A stretch of 64,000 nt of DNA, from positions 928,001-992,000 of the forward strand of contig CBDCRP010000003.1 in the NCBI GenBank assembly GCA_965221165.1, given 5' to 3'. The stretch's first letter is position 1; every line of letters begins with the position of its first letter. This DNA comes from a bacterium. Lineage in GTDB: Bacteria > UBA8248. A model generated the notes under the pieces. It did no database searches, was not told the origin of the DNA, and saw only the letters and a program-made list of their open reading frames with translations. Shown here piece after piece: positions 60,377 through 64,000 of this stretch. A program made the translations under genes and the position numbers.

Positions 60377-61909
60377 TCAGGGGCTGATCTTCAGGAAGTT
60401 CGGGTCACTCTCATCCCCATAGGTCTCGAGCTTCTCATCCGCACCTTCCGCATCGGCCGCGCGCGGGGCCTTCTCTTCGGGAGACATGTGGTCACCCTCT
60501 TCCTGCGCATTCATCTTACGCGCTTCAAGCTCCTCGGGCGCTTTCTCTACGGGAGATATCCGTACGACATTTTCTTCCTCATCCGCCTCACGCGCCTGAA
60601 GCGCGCGCGGGGTTTTCTCCACGGGGGAAACGAAGTCTATCTCCCCTCCCGGCGCGCTGCCGTAGTCGCTGAATTTTCTCGCCGACACCAGCACCCGCGA
60701 TTCATAGGAACCCACCGCCTTGTTGTAGGCCTCGACCGCGCGGTCCAGTCCCCGGCCCATGGTCTCGAAATGCTTCGCCAGCGTCTTGAGCCTCGCATAA
60801 AGCTCCCCGCCAAGCACACTCACGGCCTGGGCGCTCTCGGCCACCTTCTCCTGCCGCCAGCCATAGGCCACCGCGCGCAACAGGGCGATGAGCGTCGTGG
60901 GCGTCGCCAGTATCACTTGCTGACTCACGCCCTCTTCTATCAGGCCGGGGTCTTGTTCGAGCGCCGCGCTGAAAAAGCTCTCCCCGGGCAGAAACATAGC
61001 CACGAACTCAGGCGTGGACTCGCACTGATCCCAGTAGGCCTTGGAACTCAGGCGGCTCATGTGGTCTCTAATCTGGCGCGCATGTTCTCCCAAAAAAACG
61101 CGGCGCGCGTCCTCATCCTCCGCTTCGAGTGAGTTCAAGTACGCATCGAGCGGCGCCTTGGCGTCGACCACCACGTTCTTCCCGCCGGGCAGCTTCACGA
61201 TGAGGTCGGGGCGCAGGCGCGCTTCTTCGCCCTCGAGCGTCTGCTGCTCCAGGAAATCACAATGCGCCACCATGCCGGCCATCTCCACCACACGCCGCAG
61301 TTGCATCTCCCCCCAGCGTCCGCGCACGTTCGGCGCACGGAGGGCCTTCACGAGATTTCCCGTCTCCGACTGAAGCTCCTTCTGCGTGCTCACGAGGGAT
61401 TTGACCTGCTCGGTGAGCGCGCCATAGGCCTCCCGCCTGGCTCTTTCCAGGCCTTGCACCTGGTTCTCCACCTTGTCGAGCGACTCCCGGATGGGGACGA
61501 CCAGATTTTCCACCGCCTTCTGGCGCGATTCGAGGTCGCCTTTGGCCTCGCTCTGGAATTTTTCGAGCGTCGTCTTCGCCAGGTCGAGAAAAGAGGCGTT
61601 GTTGCTCTTAAGGGCGTCGGCGCTGAGCGCGCCGAAGCTCTCGCGCATATCCTCCGTCGCGCGGCGCAGCAGGTCGATTTTCTCTTCCGCCGATTTTCGC
61701 TCGTGCGTCAAATCGGACTCGAGGCGCGCGACGTCCGACCTTAAGCCCATATTCTTTTCCAGCTCGGCGGCGTGGGCGGCCTGGGCATCGGCCTTTTCCA
61801 TCTCGGCGTTGCGCAGCATTCGGGCCAGACCCGAAATCCGTGACCTCATGGCGAACCAGAAGCACAAGACGAGAGCGGCGGCTCCCAAGGCGACGTGCCA
61901 TGCTTCCAT
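60377..61909 (-). CDS. rmuC: DNA recombination protein RmuC
   Basis: TM anchor, coiled coil, RGRWGE, RPD..LPGG..VDAKAP, MFLPGE, TPTTL. Confidence 0.93.
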   Translation of the reverse strand: MEAWHVALGAAALVLCFWFAMRSRISGLARMLRNAEMEKADAQAAHAAELEKNMGLRSDVARLESDLTHERKSAEEKIDLLRRATEDMRESFGALSADALKSNNASFLDLAKTTLEKFQSEAKGDLESRQKAVENLVVPIRESLDKVENQVQGLERARREAYGALTEQVKSLVSTQKELQSETGNLVKALRAPNVRGRWGEMQLRRVVEMAGMVAHCDFLEQQTLEGEEARLRPDLIVKLPGGKNVVVDAKAPLDAYLNSLEAEDEDARRVFLGEHARQIRDHMSRLSSKAYWDQCESTPEFVAMFLPGESFFSAALEQDPGLIEEGVSQQVILATPTTLIALLRAVAYGWRQEKVAESAQAVSVLGGELYARLKTLAKHFETMGRGLDRAVEAYNKAVGSYESRVLVSARKFSDYGSAPGGEIDFVSPVEKTPRALQAREADEEENVVRISPVEKAPEELEARKMNAQEEGDHMSPEEKAPRAADAEGADEKLETYGDESDPNFLKISP

Positions 61910-62039
61910 GCGGGAATTCTCCCTGGGGCGATGATTTCAAGATTCGGGCGAGTAGCGGAAGTTCCAGCGACTTATTGCTTATTGTATCAGTATTTTCCCA
62001 AAAATGCTTCCCGGCGGATTTTGGTACTCATCAAGGCTG

Positions 62040-62385
62040 CAAGGAGCGAGGGTTTCACTCGGCAAACGCTCGCTCCTCACTCGCGTTTGACCCGCGACGT
62101 ATTCGCCGCCCTGGCGGCGAATACGTCCCTCATCCCGAGTAGGCGCGCTCGCGCGCCGTATCGAGGGTTTGACCCTACCGAGGAGGGAGGGTCAAACGGG
62201 GCGCTTCGATACAAACGCTCCTTTCTCAGTCGCGTTTGACCTTCGGCGGCTACTCAGGGTGAGGTCGATACCGCGGCATGCAAGACGAGGGTTTGACTCG
62301 ACCGATGAGGTCAGTTCCGACTGAGAAAGGAGGAACTGCATTTGCGCTCGCTCCCAGTACCGGGTTTTTCAACAACCCTACTCGA
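62040..62385. repeat. Cluster of GGGTTTGAC-type repeats
   Basis: Repeated (G/C)GTTTGACC, GACCGATGAGG, GGGTTTTTCAACAACCC. Confidence 0.7.
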
Positions 62386-62446
62386 AGCGCGCGGCATATC
62401 AAGGCTACAAGGAGCGAGAGTTCCACTCCTCTCCGCCCCTATGAAA

Positions 62447-62710
62447 TTATTCCTCCTCGAGGCGCACGGCGGTATCGATCAGAATGCGGTAAATCCGCTC
62501 GAGGACCTCGGGCGGGCATGGCCCCTCGTTGCCGCCCAGAACCTTGGCGATTACCTCACTCTCGCGCGCCGCGTCCTTGACGGCGATTCCCCGCGCGCTC
62601 TTGTATTCGCCGACTTCGAGGCAAATTTTGAGCCGGGTGTTGAGCAGGCGGATAATCTCCGCATCGCACGCATCGATCCGCTCCCTGAACCCGGACAACC
62701 CATCCGCCAT
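62447..62710 (-). CDS. Monofunctional chorismate mutase (AroQ type)
   Basis: FRERID..D..IIRLLN.R..VG.YK..DAARE. Confidence 0.88.
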   Translation of the reverse strand: MADGLSGFRERIDACDAEIIRLLNTRLKICLEVGEYKSARGIAVKDAARESEVIAKVLGGNEGPCPPEVLERIYRILIDTAVRLEEE

Positions 62711-62967
62711 GCCGCGCTCCACTTGAAGGACGTAGTGAGAATAGAGGCATTACTATACCATTATTCGCGCCTGTTTCATTCCTCCCGGCCCCCAATCTCC
62801 CGAAAACGCTTTCAGACGAGTGTTTCCCTCAGTGCGGAAATCCCGGAGAGCCGCACGTTTTTTTATTGTCGCCGGCGGTGTGAATTTGGTATGTTGCTCA
62901 CACGCGACGCGCGAATCTTTTTGCTATATCGACGTAAATTCTCTTCCGGGAAAGAGGAGTCCTGCAC

Positions 62968-64000
62968 ATGCCCCGTCATCTTCGCCTGCTCGCCGCGCTT
63001 CTTGTCGTTCTCGTCCTCGGACTCGCCGGGAGGGCCTCGGCCCAGAGCTTCAGCAACGTCGTCGTGTTCGGCGACAGCCTGAGCGATTCCGGCAATGCGG
63101 GCCAGGGGCTAGGGCTGCCCGCAGGCACCAGCTTCACCACCAATCCAGACCCCGTCTGGGCCGAGATCGTCGCGCAGGCCTTCGGCGCATCAGGACAAAA
63201 CTCGCTCGCCGGCGGGCCGAACTACGCCTTCGCCGGAGCCTGCGTGAACCCGGCTACGCCCTGCGACCAGGACGATTCGCCGACGGTGACCGAGCAGATC
63301 GACTTACACCTCTCCTCCCGGGAAGGGCGCGCCAACCCGGATGCGCTCTACGCCGTATGGGGCGGGCTGAACGACATCGCCGACTCCGCGCTAAGCGATC
63401 CGACTACTGCACTGGGCTACGTTCTGGCGGCCGCGGACATAAACGCCGCGCAGATAAGACGCCTCCAGGAAGCCGGCGCCCGCCATATTCTGGTGTTCAA
63501 CATTCCCGACGCCAGTGTGGCGCCTTTCGCCGTCACCCAGGGTACCACCGCTCAAGCAGGGCTGAGTGCGCTCGTCGCCCAATACAACAAAAAGCTCTAC
63601 GCCGGGATTCGTGAACGCGAGGACGGCGTCGTCCCCATCAACATCCATGCCTTTCTCAACGAAGTCGTCGCAAACCTCGGGACGTATGGTCTCACCAACG
63701 TCACCGGGACGGCCTGCGGGGAGCCGAACGCGGGGAGTGCGGTCTCCATCACATGCGGGCCCGAGGGCTCCGGCGCTACCGTGACCTATGCGCCCGGTGA
63801 GAGCCAGACATATCTGTTCGCGGACCGGAGCCATCCCACCGGCGCGGTCCACGCGATGCTCGCAACCCTGGTCACCTCCACCCTCGCGGCCCCGCTCCAG
63901 GTTTCGCTCGCAGGCGAGGCGGGCGCAGAGGCGGCGGGGGTTCACCACGGCGTCATTTCGGCGGAGCGCGCTGCTGATTTCGCGCTGCCCGTCGGGAATT
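62968..64000 (+). CDS. Secreted GDSL/SGNH esterase, probably EstA-like autotransporter (3' end outside window; absent from ORF track)
   Basis: GAGGAG RBS; signal peptide MPRHLRLLAALL..ASA; VFGDSLSDSGN, NYAFAGA, WGGLND, FADRSHPT. Confidence 0.88.
   Translation, partial: MPRHLRLLAALLVVLVLGLAGRASAQSFSNVVVFGDSLSDSGNAGQGLGLPAGTSFTTNPDPVWAEIVAQAFGASGQNSLAGGPNYAFAGACVNPATPCDQDDSPTVTEQIDLHLSSREGRANPDALYAVWGGLNDIADSALSDPTTALGYVLAAADINAAQIRRLQEAGARHILVFNIPDASVAPFAVTQGTTAQAGLSALVAQYNKKLYAGIREREDGVVPINIHAFLNEVVANLGTYGLTNVTGTACGEPNAGSAVSITCGPEGSGATVTYAPGESQTYLFADRSHPTGAVHAMLATLVTSTLAAPLQVSLAGEAGAEAAGVHHGVISAERAADFALPVGN

Overview
GC-rich, diderm-type bacterial chromosomal segment (TonB system, autotransporter); the taxon cannot be determined from sequence alone. 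Main contents in order: two tandem CocE/NonD hydrolases; a btuB-F-C-D-tonB-like corrinoid uptake operon behind two cobalamin riboswitches, with a frameshifted ATPase; an ORF-free, highly structured locus at about 19780-20625 (duplicated promoter plus covarying RNA module, long-range stems, possible pseudoknot, terminators) that looks like an unannotated large ncRNA; a roughly 29-kb catabolic region (LysR, CoA-transferase, deacylase, three LLM oxidoreductases, two cysteine-synthase-like enzymes, Liv-type ABC transporter, Mo-hydroxylase, NadB/SdhA-like flavoprotein, two UbiD decarboxylases, cyclase, TAXI-TRAP) that includes a hidden AhpD-like selenoprotein (in-frame TGA in CxxU plus a SECIS-like hairpin); GT25/FkbM surface-glycan genes beside tRNA-Ala(GGC); rmuC, chorismate mutase and a GDSL esterase cut by the window end. 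Intergenic regions hold mosaics of at least three short palindromic repeat families and MITE-like elements. All calls were made by eye; no database searches were run.
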